The translations under genes and the position numbers were made by a program. This document shows positions 13,711 through 24,516 of a stretch of 64,000 nucleotides of DNA, piece by piece. The DNA comes from Ramazzottius varieornatus (Eukaryota > Animalia > Tardigrada), in the NCBI GenBank assembly GCA_001949185.1, contig BDGG01000004.1, forward strand, positions 2,195,620 through 2,259,619, read 5' to 3'. Position 1 is the first letter of the stretch. Every line of letters starts with the position of its first letter. Below the pieces are notes generated by a model. The model was not told the origin of the DNA. It did not search any database and worked only from the letters and a program-made list of their open reading frames with translations.

Positions 13711-15201
13711 TCAATATGCGCGTCGAACTTGGTTGCCTTTCAGACGTTGCATCAAGTCGTCGATTTCGTCCAGTTCCGATCGGGGCATATTACGTATCGG
13801 TGAGATGCGTGAGGTCTGAAGGTTGTTGTGCGAAGAAGAGTACTGCGGAAGCGACGAAGTGCTTTGGTGATGACTGACGGGAGCTCGGAAGGCGGAACTG
13901 ATGAACGAACCCGACATCGAGGGACCTTGTCCATTCTGACGTGAAGCCGACTGTGGCACGTACGAGCTAGGGATTCGCGAAGAAGAAGACATCTGAACCG
14001 ATGTGTTCGGTCCGTGAAACATCTCTTTCGACTGCTGTTGCGGACTGTTGTACGAGGAGGACAGATTACTGGTAGACGCAGCCAAGTTCGGATAGTTTGG
14101 CGTGAACTGCATATTTCTGGTACTACCAAAAGGGTTCGCCGAAAGTGTTTCACGGTTGTTTTGATTGAGTGGAGGAGGAATGTGGCTACCGTTGTATGGG
14201 TGAGGGCGAAATTTGAGACCGGACGAGAGCTGGCCGTTATTCTGAGAGTGGTCTCCGAAGTCTTGGTAGCGGTTAGTGTACGCTTCCTCTTTGTGGTTGT
14301 GGCTGGGTGCGTATTGCGGATGAAATGACAGTGGTTTGCTATGCGGCTTCTGGGCGCTTGCTTGGTATGGTTCAGGTTTACGGGAAACCGAACCAGGAGG
14401 TCGAAGTTTGCTACGTTGTTGGGCTGAAGGCGGAGGAGTAACGATGGCGGAAAGAGAGGACGGCAGCAGGGAAGTGTTGACGGAGACTTCGGGCAGGAAA
14501 GAAACTATCAAAGAAACCAAGCAGAGGATTGCTGGACTAGTGCACGCTGCGCAGCTAGGTGAATTACTTCATGAGAAGAACACTGCTTACCTTTTGAGCT
14601 ATCAGGGTTGTCCGATCCAGCAACCGGTAGCGTGTTAGTACCAATGCCGAATTTACTCGCCAACAAATTCTTCAGTGAAGGAATTTTCTGCTCGAATAGG
14701 ATAACTTCGTAGTCTGTTGCTTCCGCTTTATCATAAAGGCTCTGCACCTCATTTTCCAGCCCAACCAGCCTGCCCCGTATCATCTGAATGGAATTCTGCA
14801 ACAAGACAATTAACCCTCTAATGCTCGTACCTGGAAATCTTCCTAATAATCTTACCATTTACCACAGTGATTGCGACGTCAGCTTCCGCTGCAGAACCGA
14901 CGGGACGGACGGTATTCTGCTGGCAAACACTGTGCATTTACTTTTGATGTTTGGAAGAGTTTGTTCTTACCTGGTCAATTTCTATGCGTTGCTCCACTTG
15001 TCGAACGGCAATGATCTGACGCTTGGGTAGCTCGTTCTTCCGTTTGGCGTCCCATATTTGATCATCTGTGGGCAGTCTGGACGTAACCATATCGGAAAAC
15101 TCTTTGATCGAGGTGCATAGCTCGCGGACAGGTTCAAGGACAGAGGAGGCAGTTCGCTGAATTACATCCAGAGGCTTCTTTGTGTCCATATCATTCGCCA
15201 T
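13711..15201 (-). CDS. Unknown protein: helical/coiled-coil N-terminus plus a long S/P/Q/N-rich disordered C-terminus
   Basis: Four exons with canonical GT-AG junctions (MANDMDTKKPLD..IEIDQ|..VAITV|NSIQMIRGRLVGLENEV..SSK|VSFLPEV..RRAY*). No family recognised. Confidence 0.65.
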
Positions 15202-16085
15202 CGTGAAATCCGGTGGTGGACTGGTGGTGCCGCCGGAGAACGCAATGACCAGCAGCAAGCCTGGACTGCACAACACTGTGGAAGGAAACGAATGAGCTCC
15301 AGAACGTCCGAAAAGTACAGTGTAAGTTTCCGAACGAAGCCTGCCGTATTAAACTAGAATTAACCGATGTCGATGCTCAATGAAATGGCGCCAAAAATAC
15401 CCTGTTATTGTTAAACATACCAGTCGTTACGCTATATGCATCCGTACACGTTTGATATTGATCGCTGTCTTACCTGGGAGCAAGTTCAGCTGTTCAATCC
15501 TCGAAGCTTCCTCCTGGAAGACTGGTGGAAGATCTTCTTCGATTCGATCTTCGAGTTAGAACTTAGGAAGAAAGTCGTGATGTTACTCGTAAACAAAGAG
15601 CTTGTCACTTGAACTCACTTGTCACCTAGGGTGACTCATCAAGGGCGGAAGGGCAGGGCTGACCGGTCCGGGTTGTGTCCCTGGTCAACATTTTAACCCA
15701 AGCCAAGCTGATCATTTTTTGCGGTTGACCAGTGCCCAGACTGCGTCGTCAAAACCACGTGAAGATTCCTTCCGCGCTTTCATTCATTCTATCCCTGTGT
15801 TTGCACCACATAACGTTGTTCTTAGCGAGAAACGTGTCCTGTGAATAGTACCATCCTGCTCAACAAACGCAAACACAGGCCGAAGCTACAGGAAGCAACA
15901 ACAGGAAACGCGGGGAAAAAGCATAGCCGTTCCGAGAAAAAACAACACACAAAACGTCTGTAAAACAACGATAAAACTTTAAAGGGCTTTCTCTAACGGT
16001 CGACCAGTAAAAACATGTGTCAGAGTCTAGAGATAGACAAGCAAGAAAGACAATACACAGTAGTTGGAAACGGCATAACCATGCA

Positions 16086-19000
16086 TCACTTATGGTGACC
16101 ACCGGCAACATTAGGACTATGTACTGAATTTGGGTCTGAAGATTTTCCAGACTGAGCAGAATAAACAGTAGAACTAGAGTCATGATTCCCAGCGCCCGGC
16201 CCAGCGTTCTGTGAAGGATACTGAGAGCTTTGGTACTGCGCATTGTAGGCAGGCTGTTGATGCGGCTGATAGGGCTGACCAGCAGGTCCTGGTGGAGCGT
16301 GTTGAGGTGGCTGTTGCCCGTACTGTTGCTGCTGCTGGCCGTACTGTTGTGGTGGTTGTTGTTGTCCGTACGGCTGACCGTATCCCTGACTGGGAACTCC
16401 ATGCTGGACATTCGAATTGTATCCTGATGGCATCTGGCCGTATCCGCCTTGGTAGCCTCCTGGGTGCCCTTGCGCGTTCATTGCTGCCAGTTGGCGTTCG
16501 TATTCTTGAATGTCGTTCTCGTTGTAGAACTGTTCCCTGTAGTATACGGAATAGAACATCATTAGTTTAAGAACGAATACCGGATCAAAAATCTAGATAA
16601 GAACACTGTCGTACTTCTCGAGGGTATCCCATCCCTGATCTTGGTCAAACGACTGTTTCTTGGATTCCTCCATGAATTCCTCATAACTCACCATGCCATC
16701 CCGATTCTTGTCGATCTAAAATCGGATAGGGCGTTTTAGTCAACGGTTCTTAGACCACAAAAGCCGAACTGTGCTGGTGTAGGCCCACCTCTTTCATGAC
16801 ATGCTCCCTCATTCTGGCCATCTCTTCCATTCTTTCCCGCATGTCATCTTCGGGGCGGTTGGGGTCGTATACTTTGTCCAGCTCCTTCTGGAACAACGCT
16901 TCCAGTTCTCCTTGGTCCAAAAACCCGTCGTGGTTCAAATCTAGAACACATCGAACAGTTCTGTATTGATCAATCCAGACCACGCTAGCTTCGGGTCTTC
17001 AACCGGAAGTATCAGGTCTTTCAGTAAGAAATTGCCGTTGTACTTGTACCAACTCCCTTTCAAAAATTTCTTTCTCTGCTCAGAAGTAATTGTATGATCT
17101 CCTTTTTTGCTGAACATTGTGGACGGTGTGTTCGTTTGAGCACGAGGAAGCTCCCCTTCAGCCTCGTACTTGAATTCTGGAGCCCTTTCAGTCCGCGGCA
17201 AAATTTTGAACATTGCGACTTCCTCGTTAGAAGAATTGTTTTGTCGACACCAGCGTTTTCAAAAATCCATATCCCATGTCGAAACGTACTACAGTATGGG
17301 TGCTATCGATTCCCCGTTTCAGTTTTGACGGAAAGTTTTGTTTGGTAAACTTACGGAGGGGAAAACGTGCTGTAAAAACTCAACTTTGTCAACAGAAACG
17401 TTTTCCTATTCCAGGCCTCAGGCAGGGCAGATTTTCTCAGATTTTACATATTGACTGTGGACACTTTGGCGAATCCACCGAAAGTGTCGTTAATTACAGT
17501 ATATCCATGCAAAATATGGCCGAGGAGAATGAACACCTTCCTACCTCACTAAAGTGGCACACGTTGTTGTCAAAAACATCCCGTTTTTCGCAACTTCTTT
17601 TTCTGCGAAATCCCAAAGGCTTTTTTCCAAGCTTTCTTTTCTGCTGATGATAGCTCAAAGCCTCTGCCACAAAACTGGCCTGCTGCTAAGGCGGTAGTGT
17701 AGCTGGCGGTGCAAGAAAAAAATCGTGAGAAGGTCCTGGTTTGAAATGTGTTATTATCATTTTGAAGTTTTTCTCTATGTCCGCCTCAACGCTGTGAGGA
17801 GAATTTGGTGGAAAAAACGAGGCGACTTGGTTGTTGAAGTTGGACATCAGCCGACTTTCAAAAGTCGTATTAATACATAGAAGCGCGATCCCCAAAAACG
17901 GCAATTTCATACTGAAAGACCTGATAGTTTCTCCTCCCGCTTACCATGAAGTTTAAAGAAGGTCTTGGGGTCGAACTCCTCCTTGGCCAATCCGTCAGTC
18001 TCTTCCCACACTTCCTCCAACTGCGCCTTGCTACCCTGTTTATACACGTTTGCAAAACGTTGCGTACTGCAGAAACCAAAAAGAACGACATGCACTTACG
18101 GGTTCGTGCAGCTTTGGATGCTGGGCGTGCTTTTCCTTCATCTCCCTCAACTTGGCTTCTTCTTCGATCCGACTGCGCTCATCCATGCTCTTCAGTTTCT
18201 CGCGGCGCCGATGTTCTTTGTCGAGTTCGTACTCTTTGAAATCTTTCTTGCGGGCTTCATCGGCGGCCTGCAGATCTGCTGTTGTCTACAAGCAAAAACA
18301 GCGTACAAACTAAGGAACCGTCATGAGCTCCACAACAGGGCGTAATTCTCTCCCACCTGTTGAATCAATCTTTTCAAGTCCTCCTCACCGAAGCCTTCTT
18401 TTTGATGATCAACATGTCCCGAATCTTTCATGTCATGATGCTCTAAAGGGGAAGTCCGCATGTACGTAGTGTTATTATCCATTTAAATTCTTTGTTAGGT
18501 GTGGAAACTTACCTCCGCGTTCAGCTTTCTCTTTGACGAGAGCTCGAAGGCGTGTCAGTTCTTGCCTTTTGATTTCGTCCAGTTTTGTCCTGACATTGTG
18601 CGATAGGAAGTTCAGTTCTTTGGCGATTTCTCCTGTCTGGAAAAGAGCACGGCGGTTAATACTGATGAACGACATCCGGTAAATTTCCACCAAAATACGG
18701 GTTAACAGAACTTCGTAAGCAAACAGAAAATTGAGTGGAAAGATGAGCATCGAAGTTTGCTCACTGAGTTCTTACCTTGAAGTGATCCGGGTTTGCACTT
18801 TCCATCTTTTTCCGGAAATCTTCGTCGTCTTCGAGAACGTTTATGATTTCCTTCAAATAACGATCGTACTCTAAACCCGTGTCCTATAACAACAATGAAG
18901 CATTATACCGTCATACGCAATATGTACAATTTGAGAATGCGTCGTATTAAAGCGATTCTAGACTAACCCATTCTTCGGCCGTTTTGTTTCGAGGCGCCAA

Positions 19001-19102
19001 CGGTACAGGCGCAGATTCCGTTGATCCTCGGTCCACTGGCAAGGCCGAACAACTAAAAAGGAATGACACAAACAGGACTGTAACTCCCACCCGGTTCGAC
19101 AT
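16086..19102 (-). CDS. NUCB: Nucleobindin (EF-hand Ca2+-binding secretory-pathway protein)
   Basis: Signal peptide [22 protein letters not shown], then [71 protein letters not shown]|[34 protein letters not shown]|IDKNRDGMV; Q/G/Y-rich tail. Confidence 0.97.
17012..17924. mobile_element. Non-autonomous mariner-like element (913 bp) in a nucleobindin intron
   Basis: 28-bp TIR TCAGGTCTTTCAGTA(A/T)GAAATTGCCGTT with one mismatch; TA on both sides (17010-17011, 17925-17926); TIR resembles Mos1-type mariner ends; no transposase motif seen inside. Confidence 0.9.
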
Positions 19103-20128
19103 CTTTCCGAAGTGGAGTCGAGTCCTTCAGTCTCTTGCCGCTTTCCCCCAACGGGCAAAATTACTGGAACGAGACAATGAGGAATGCAGAGGCACAAGAA
19201 GAGACGAAAACCAGCCCAGGTGGGATCACTTCCGGTTCAGCCACGTCATACTGTACAGGAACGACGGTCGTTTCAAACAGGATGCGCGAAATGTGGTTCA
19301 GCAGTAATATCCGCGACGTGTCCCAGCTTGTGATCAACCGCGGGCCATTCAGTATCAGCTGCGTCCGGGTTGTCGTCAGTACTCAGGGATTTCTTCGAAG
19401 CACCGTCGTCACAACAGGAAGACAACGCAAGTCCGAGATGAAATGGAGTTTATGTGAGTGAATCGTCGCGTAGAGCTCGCCAAACGTACTGTTGATCGTT
19501 GGCAAGCCTTGCCCTATCCAGGCGAATGTCTCATGTCCGAGCATGCTGCTTGCCACTGACGAGCTGCTGAACATCGTATTGCAGATTTGATTCGGTTGAT
19601 TGCTGCCAGAACGTAGGGTTGATTAGTTGATGGACACTATTTTCAGTTTGTGCAGCACTAGAGCATAAAAATGGTTTGCTAAGCGGAACCGAACCGGAAG
19701 GGGCGGTAGTTTTGGTCCGCTTCCGTTTTCGAAAAGGCTGAATTTTTTCGCCTCTTACCGTTCGGCTTTCGGCCCACAAGTGCTCCGTCTGTTCCGCTCG
19801 AAAATGGCTGACGTTGTACTTTGGATAAAATGCAACTTTATTAACCTTAAAAGCAAAATGACAAGCTTAGCCTCAAAAATCGAGCCAGAGCATCAAGACA
19901 CTGCGATCTGACTAAGGTTTTGCATTCGAGGCTTGCTATGCTTTGCCTTCGCATCACTTTACCGTCAAAATGTCTTCGGGGGTTTGGGAATTATGTTTTC
20001 AGTGTAACCTTTAGCGTATCCAGACAACCACTAAACTCGTAACCGTACTACACCACAATTTGGAAAACTAATGGAAACCCTGGAAAACCTCTTCCTGGAT
20101 CTGTTTTGAGTTTCGCTGCCACCTCGCC

Positions 20129-23100
20129 ATGGAAAACTCATCGTATATTTTGGATGAGGATGACGACAACGAGATAGTGTTCGATGGTATCTTCCCATCT
20201 GGTTCGCCCCCCATCAGTCAAGGTATCCTCCCCGATCGTTCTACACCCGCTTTCGACGCGGAATGGGACAACCAAGACGACTCGAACGAACTGACCATGA
20301 ACTCCGACATCCTGGACGACGATCCCAATACTCCGAGCACTTCTTCTGGAGTTGGGAAGTGCGTTTTCAAACTTGTCAACGTATTTCAAGAACACTTATA
20401 AACCACTGGAGTTGCAAATGTTCACTCCGGCGGAGTTGTCTTCGTATAAGCCGTCGAAGTTATCATTTTACACGCCGGCAGGAGATGCCACGGCTCCAGC
20501 CGGCGAAGTCAGTATCATATCGTCTCAGTTGTCATTGTACGCGCCGGTGGAGACGGCAGACCACACGCCGGCAGCAATGTTACTCCTGAAGCCGGCAAAA
20601 TCCGTGTACATGCTGTACTCGCCGGTTGCATTGCACCTGCACTCGCCGGTTGAGATGATGATATGTACGGCGTTTGTGTGGTTTGTTTGCACTATGTAGT
20701 CCACCAATGCAAGATTTATTGCGAGCAATATATCGATTGGTTATTTCAGAGACTTTGCAAACTTTGGGGACTCTTCGGTTAAGAATGCTGACAGGTCGGT
20801 TGTGTATGTGTTGGAAAGTGACGACGACAACGACGATGACGCATCAGCCATCAGCGGCGTCTCCGCGCGGAGCAACACTACTGAGCCAGTGCACATGTGC
20901 ATTACCCCGTAAGTAGTCGGGATTATGAGCAGCGTACAAATTATTCCAGCGTCAACTGGATCACCTGCCTTGTTGCAGGGAGACGTCGTTTACTGTATCA
21001 AACCATGAGCCAAAACGATTGTCTCAGCCAGTGGTTACATTTGCTGGACGTGGAAATCTTGCCTTAGGAGCTCCGGTGGCGGACAGCGCTCTGGGACCAT
21101 GCTACGAGATGTAAGTTAAGCCGCTTCTTTTCAACACATGCCGGCAGAGTTGTTACTGTGTAAGCCGGTGAAGATGCCGTTGTATGAGCCGATGAAGATA
21201 CTGGTGTGCACGCCGGCGGAGTTGTCAACGTAGTGAGATCTAACTCACATCAAATTGTTTTTTGCAGAGATAACCTTTATCGTTGTTTCCAAACGGTGGA
21301 AAGCGATGCGTCGGTTCTCGCCTGGCTGTAACCCGGAAGTCCTTGATGCGTACAAATATAAGAGAATACCCTAGCGCTTTCAAGGTCAAGCGTGGTTTGC
21401 CGTTTCCTTCCGGCCCGAGCAAAGAGAACGGACCTACGGACTAATTCTTGACGATGGGAACGGCAGCTGGAGAGAATCGAATGAACGGTCTGGTAGTGGT
21501 AGCAAGCATGATGACGAGCGGACGCCGTTCTTGTTCAGGAAGAAGGACTGATACAGTCGACCTAATGGAAAGCCCAATGGCTTCAAGCGACGTCTTCTTG
21601 CAATTGTGGCGTCAGAGGGCTGCAGCAAGCCAGTAAAGAATTTCTTCGTGATCCAGTATGTGTGGTCCGACGGAAGCAAGATCGCACCATTCCCGCCTGG
21701 GAACACTTACACCAACCGCGCTATCACAAGCGCGATCAAGAAGCTAGCGTCACCTGTTGCACGCGGCAAGCCCATGAGCCCTAGAGACATGGTTCTCCGA
21801 GTTGCGTCAACCATACCAGAAATCGACCGCTAGGTGAACCCATATTAGGGGCCGAAAGATATGCGGCAGGTCATGACCATCAGAAACGGTCAACAAGAAC
21901 ACAAACGGAGAAGACGTCGAAAGCTACCTGCGAAGGAAAGAAGGGGTTACTTTTCGTCAGTACCAGAACGAAGATGGATCGAATTTCGAGGATTTCGTCG
22001 TGGTAGATCCGTACCTTGTAGGACTGATAGTGACGAACGGCGACCAAAAACTAAAGTGTAAGTCGATTAAGTTTAGAGCAATTGTCTATCCCGGCAATGT
22101 TGATAAAGTACACGCCAGCGATGTTTCTGCTGTACTTACCGGCGGTTTTTGTAATCTACACTCCAGTGGACTGGTTCGTTTATAGGCTGGTGGAGCTGTC
22201 CGTGTACATCCGATGGAATTCCTGAAATTCTTGATGTACAAGCCGGTAATGCTGTCAGTGACCTTATCAACCGGCACTGTAGATTGAGCTGATTTTCGTC
22301 TTGTACTGATGCGCATTTGAATGGGATTTCAAGTCTCCGGTTTTCTGTTTGCAGTGAAGCTTCGCTTGCAGATCGACTTGACTTTCCAGCTGTGCAACAT
22401 GTATCTGGTGGTTATAGTCATCCAGCATCCTTATCTCGTAAACGAGAAGACAGGAAAGCCTACTCTGCTGATCGGACCAACTTCGTAGTCGGTATTCGCT
22501 TATTACCTCCGAGAATGTCTCATGAAAGCAGGTGTCGAATGTCAAAAGACTTTAGCATCGATTTCATCACCGATGGCGAGCGAGCACTGTACAACGCATT
22601 CCGCGAAGCTTTCTCCCGACACAATCATACGCTCTGCGTTCTACACATTCGAGATGGTATCAAGAGGTACTTCCTCGGAAAGCCCGTACCCTCTTCGCAT
22701 GTGTACTTGGGTACCATCGCAACGTAGCGGGTGTGAGGAAGCATGTTCCAGGGCGGAGATTCAGTTTCGGAAGAACAGTATCTCGAGAAGTGGCAAGAGA
22801 TGAAGAGCTCTTTTGGGCGATGAAAAATTCCAGCACTGGTTTGAAAAACACCATCAGAACAACTTTGTCGAGAAACTAATCCTACCGGCACGTGAAAAGA
22901 TGGGTCTCTCGCACGACCTCCCTAATACTATTCTGTCGGAGGCCATGAACAAAACGCTCAAAGCCTTTTTGGTTCGCACAACGATCCCCGGGAAGTGGTT
23001 GAGAGGTTGTTCAAGATGTACGCCGACGAAACTGTCTTCATGTTCCAGGCCCTGAAAGATCAAGGCCGGTACAGAATAGCCGAGCAGTACAGAGAAGACC

Positions 23101-23829
23101 TTCTCCTGTCGCGAGAGAAAGCACACAACAATACCCACAGAATGTCCAGAGTGCAACGGTTGTTCCCCAAGTGCAACGTGAACGCCATGGTTGTCGTTGC
23201 ATCGAGTCGCAAAGTACCATCGGAGTTGTTGCAAGTATGCCGGTGGTGTTACTACGTTTTGTCAGCAAGGATGCTGCATTGTCCGCCGTCGGAGTTGCCG
23301 CAGCCTACGCCACCAGAGCTGCCGCACTTTGTTCCGGTGAACTCGTGTTGGTCAGTCTGATAGCAAAACAGGTATATGGTATTAGTCTGTAATTGTGACA
23401 TTATGTTTGTAGGTCGATTTGTCGGGAGATGGAACAAGACCGCCGAATGTGCTGACCGACTTTGCTACCACCGGACTTTCCGATATGTTTCGCGCTAGCT
23501 GGGACAAGGCCGTGGAGCTTATGGGTGGTCGTGCTGACGAAGGCTGGATGATTGAGCTTTCCGAGGAAGAAATGACACAGTATAGACGAAAATGGAACTC
23601 CTCGGTCGTTCGGGAGCTTCGGTCTACTGACAAGAAGAAGCCCTGCTGGTACTTCGTCGAGATCCGCACTACTTCCGGGGACGGTAAGTGCGGTTGTTTG
23701 CAATCCACCCAGAATAAAGACCCAGCTTGCAAACATATCATTGCTGTGACCGCGGCGACCGGAAACTTGGCGCAGATGGTGGAATGGCTTAAATTAAAAA
23801 AGAATTTGCGTCCAGAAAACCAACGTTAA
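20129..23829 (+). pseudogene. Spliced MULE transposase remnant (DDE plus SWIM zinc finger) with stops and frameshifts
   Basis: LQIDLTFQLCNMYL..QHPYL..IGP (first D), FITDGERALYNAFREAF..LCVLH (second D and CxxH), SEAMNKTLK (E), CGCLQSTQNKDPACKHIIAV (SWIM); in-frame TAGs, e.g. 21831, 21846, 22486. Confidence 0.88.
20400..23350 (+). repeat. Four patches of degenerate 21-24-bp repeats with a GCCGG-containing core
   Basis: Patches at about 20400-20660, 21135-21232, 22180-22285 and 23235-23350 (e.g. cacgccggcggagttgtc, taagccggtgaagatgccg); each falls in an inferred GT-AG intron of the transposase. Confidence 0.65.
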
Positions 23830-24516
23830 ATTGTCCGCGGAGTTTATACCTGGCCTCCATCAAGGCCCCATTTTCGGCCAAGGCCTTGGCCTCGTTTTTT
23901 GTGGTCTGCAACATCAGCGAATCGCTATACATCTACTCGTCATACCTGAAGAGGAGAAACCATCAGACATCTTCCTTCTGCTAAATCCGATGGATGTGAG
24001 AGCGTGCTTACCGTTTTCCCTAACCCGGGTAATGGATTCTGTAGATGGACACGGATGTCGTCTCATCTCCGGGACACTTGTACGTTTTGATCAGAATGGT
24101 CTTGGCCTCGTGCCACTGTCCCTTGCTGATGACCTATACGTCGTCACCTGCAACACAAGCCCCAGTAATCAGCAAAAACAGTCGGGGAAAAGAACCGATC
24201 CGACACTGAAAGTGCGAAGATATGTCCAGATGTTGACCCCTTTGCGCAACTTCGTGTGGCTCGAGATTACGCGCAACTTAATCTGGGTGACCGTCAATCG
24301 GAAGTTTTCTGGAGACGTACCTATGTTGATTTTCTTCATGAAATCTTCGAGACGCATTTCCGTGTGGTCGTTTAGCTCCTTCGTCTTCATGTTTCTGTTT
24401 AGCGTGCTGGGAGCAGGGTTGATGGTGATCGGCGGAGGGATGCCTCCGTGTGATGGACCGCTGCACGTCGATGTCTTGTCCATGGAGCTGTAAAACAGCG
24501 CGACGCGCTGGTCCAC
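23830..24516 (-). pseudogene. MULE-borne accessory gene with an MRG15/Eaf3-type chromo-barrel (Tudor-knot) domain; three in-frame TAGs
   Basis: Exon 24147-24012, GT-AG intron 24011-23946, and an exon from 23945 give DDV*VISKGQWHEAKTILIKTYKCPGDETTSVSIYRIHYPG*GKR|YDE*MYSDSLMLQTTKNEAKA, matching the chromo-barrel pattern (Y/H)EAK...Y.IHY.GW.K.(W/Y)DEW. Confidence 0.8.

Noticed and set aside
15650-15740. Short inverted repeat ctggtcaac/gttgaccag
   Set aside because: Only 9 bp with no TSD; insufficient to call an element.
20400-20660. Periodic repeats considered as a CRISPR-like array
   Set aside because: Units are degenerate with no constant repeat/unique spacer structure; eukaryotic context and no cas genes.
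23831-24493. 220-aa plus-strand ORF in the MULE
   Set aside because: Antisense shadow of the chromo-barrel gene, with no motif of its own.
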